Source: Octopus bimaculoides
Taxonomy: Eukaryota
Length of the DNA stretch: 49,884 bases
Assembly: GCF_001194135.2 (NCBI RefSeq)
Contig: NC_068982.1
Location: 134,213,276-134,263,159, forward strand
Direction: 5' to 3'
Numbering within the stretch: the first letter of the stretch is position 1; every line of letters starts with the position of its first letter. Shown piece after piece: positions 49,834 through 49,884 of this stretch. The notes beneath the pieces were generated by a model, which was not told the DNA's origin, searched no databases, and worked only from the letters and a program-made list of their open reading frames with translations. The translations under genes and the position numbers were made by a program.

Positions 49834-49884
<51 letters not shown>

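Overview
Eukaryotic, AT-rich, repeat-dense DNA with (AT)n/(AC)n/(GAT)n microsatellites and N gaps. The repeat complement (tRNA-derived SINEs, very abundant RTE 3' tails ending in (GAT)n, Penelope-like elements) looks like an octopus/coleoid cephalopod draft genome; this is inference, not confirmed. The ORF track misses the one real gene, which I assembled by hand on the minus strand. It has a probable non-coding first exon near a CpG-rich promoter (~42.6 kb). Five coding exons (22913-22848, 16080-15855, 11217-10954, 10084-9961, 7371-7253) have canonical GT-AG sites and phase-compatible junctions (0,1,1,2,1). They give 266 stop-free codons: a signal peptide plus three divergent, heavily N-glycosylated fibronectin type III (FN3) domains. 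This resembles the ectodomain of an R3-type receptor tyrosine phosphatase, but the gene continues outside the window. The rest is decayed transposons: Tigger/pogo, mariner, RTE, CR1, Penelope-like, an R4/Dong fragment, several MITEs, SINEs and a possible solo LTR. The most unusual signals are RNA-structural. One is a small element joining a tRNA-like Pol III head to a minimal hammerhead ribozyme (retrozyme-like) on the pre-mRNA strand of intron 4. Others are further hammerhead remnants, a telomere-repeat-flanked hairpin, and a tRNA-Thr-like insert inside a transposase. There are no prokaryotic-type systems or CRISPR arrays. Most repeat boundaries are approximate; exon, TIR and TSD coordinates were counted by hand.
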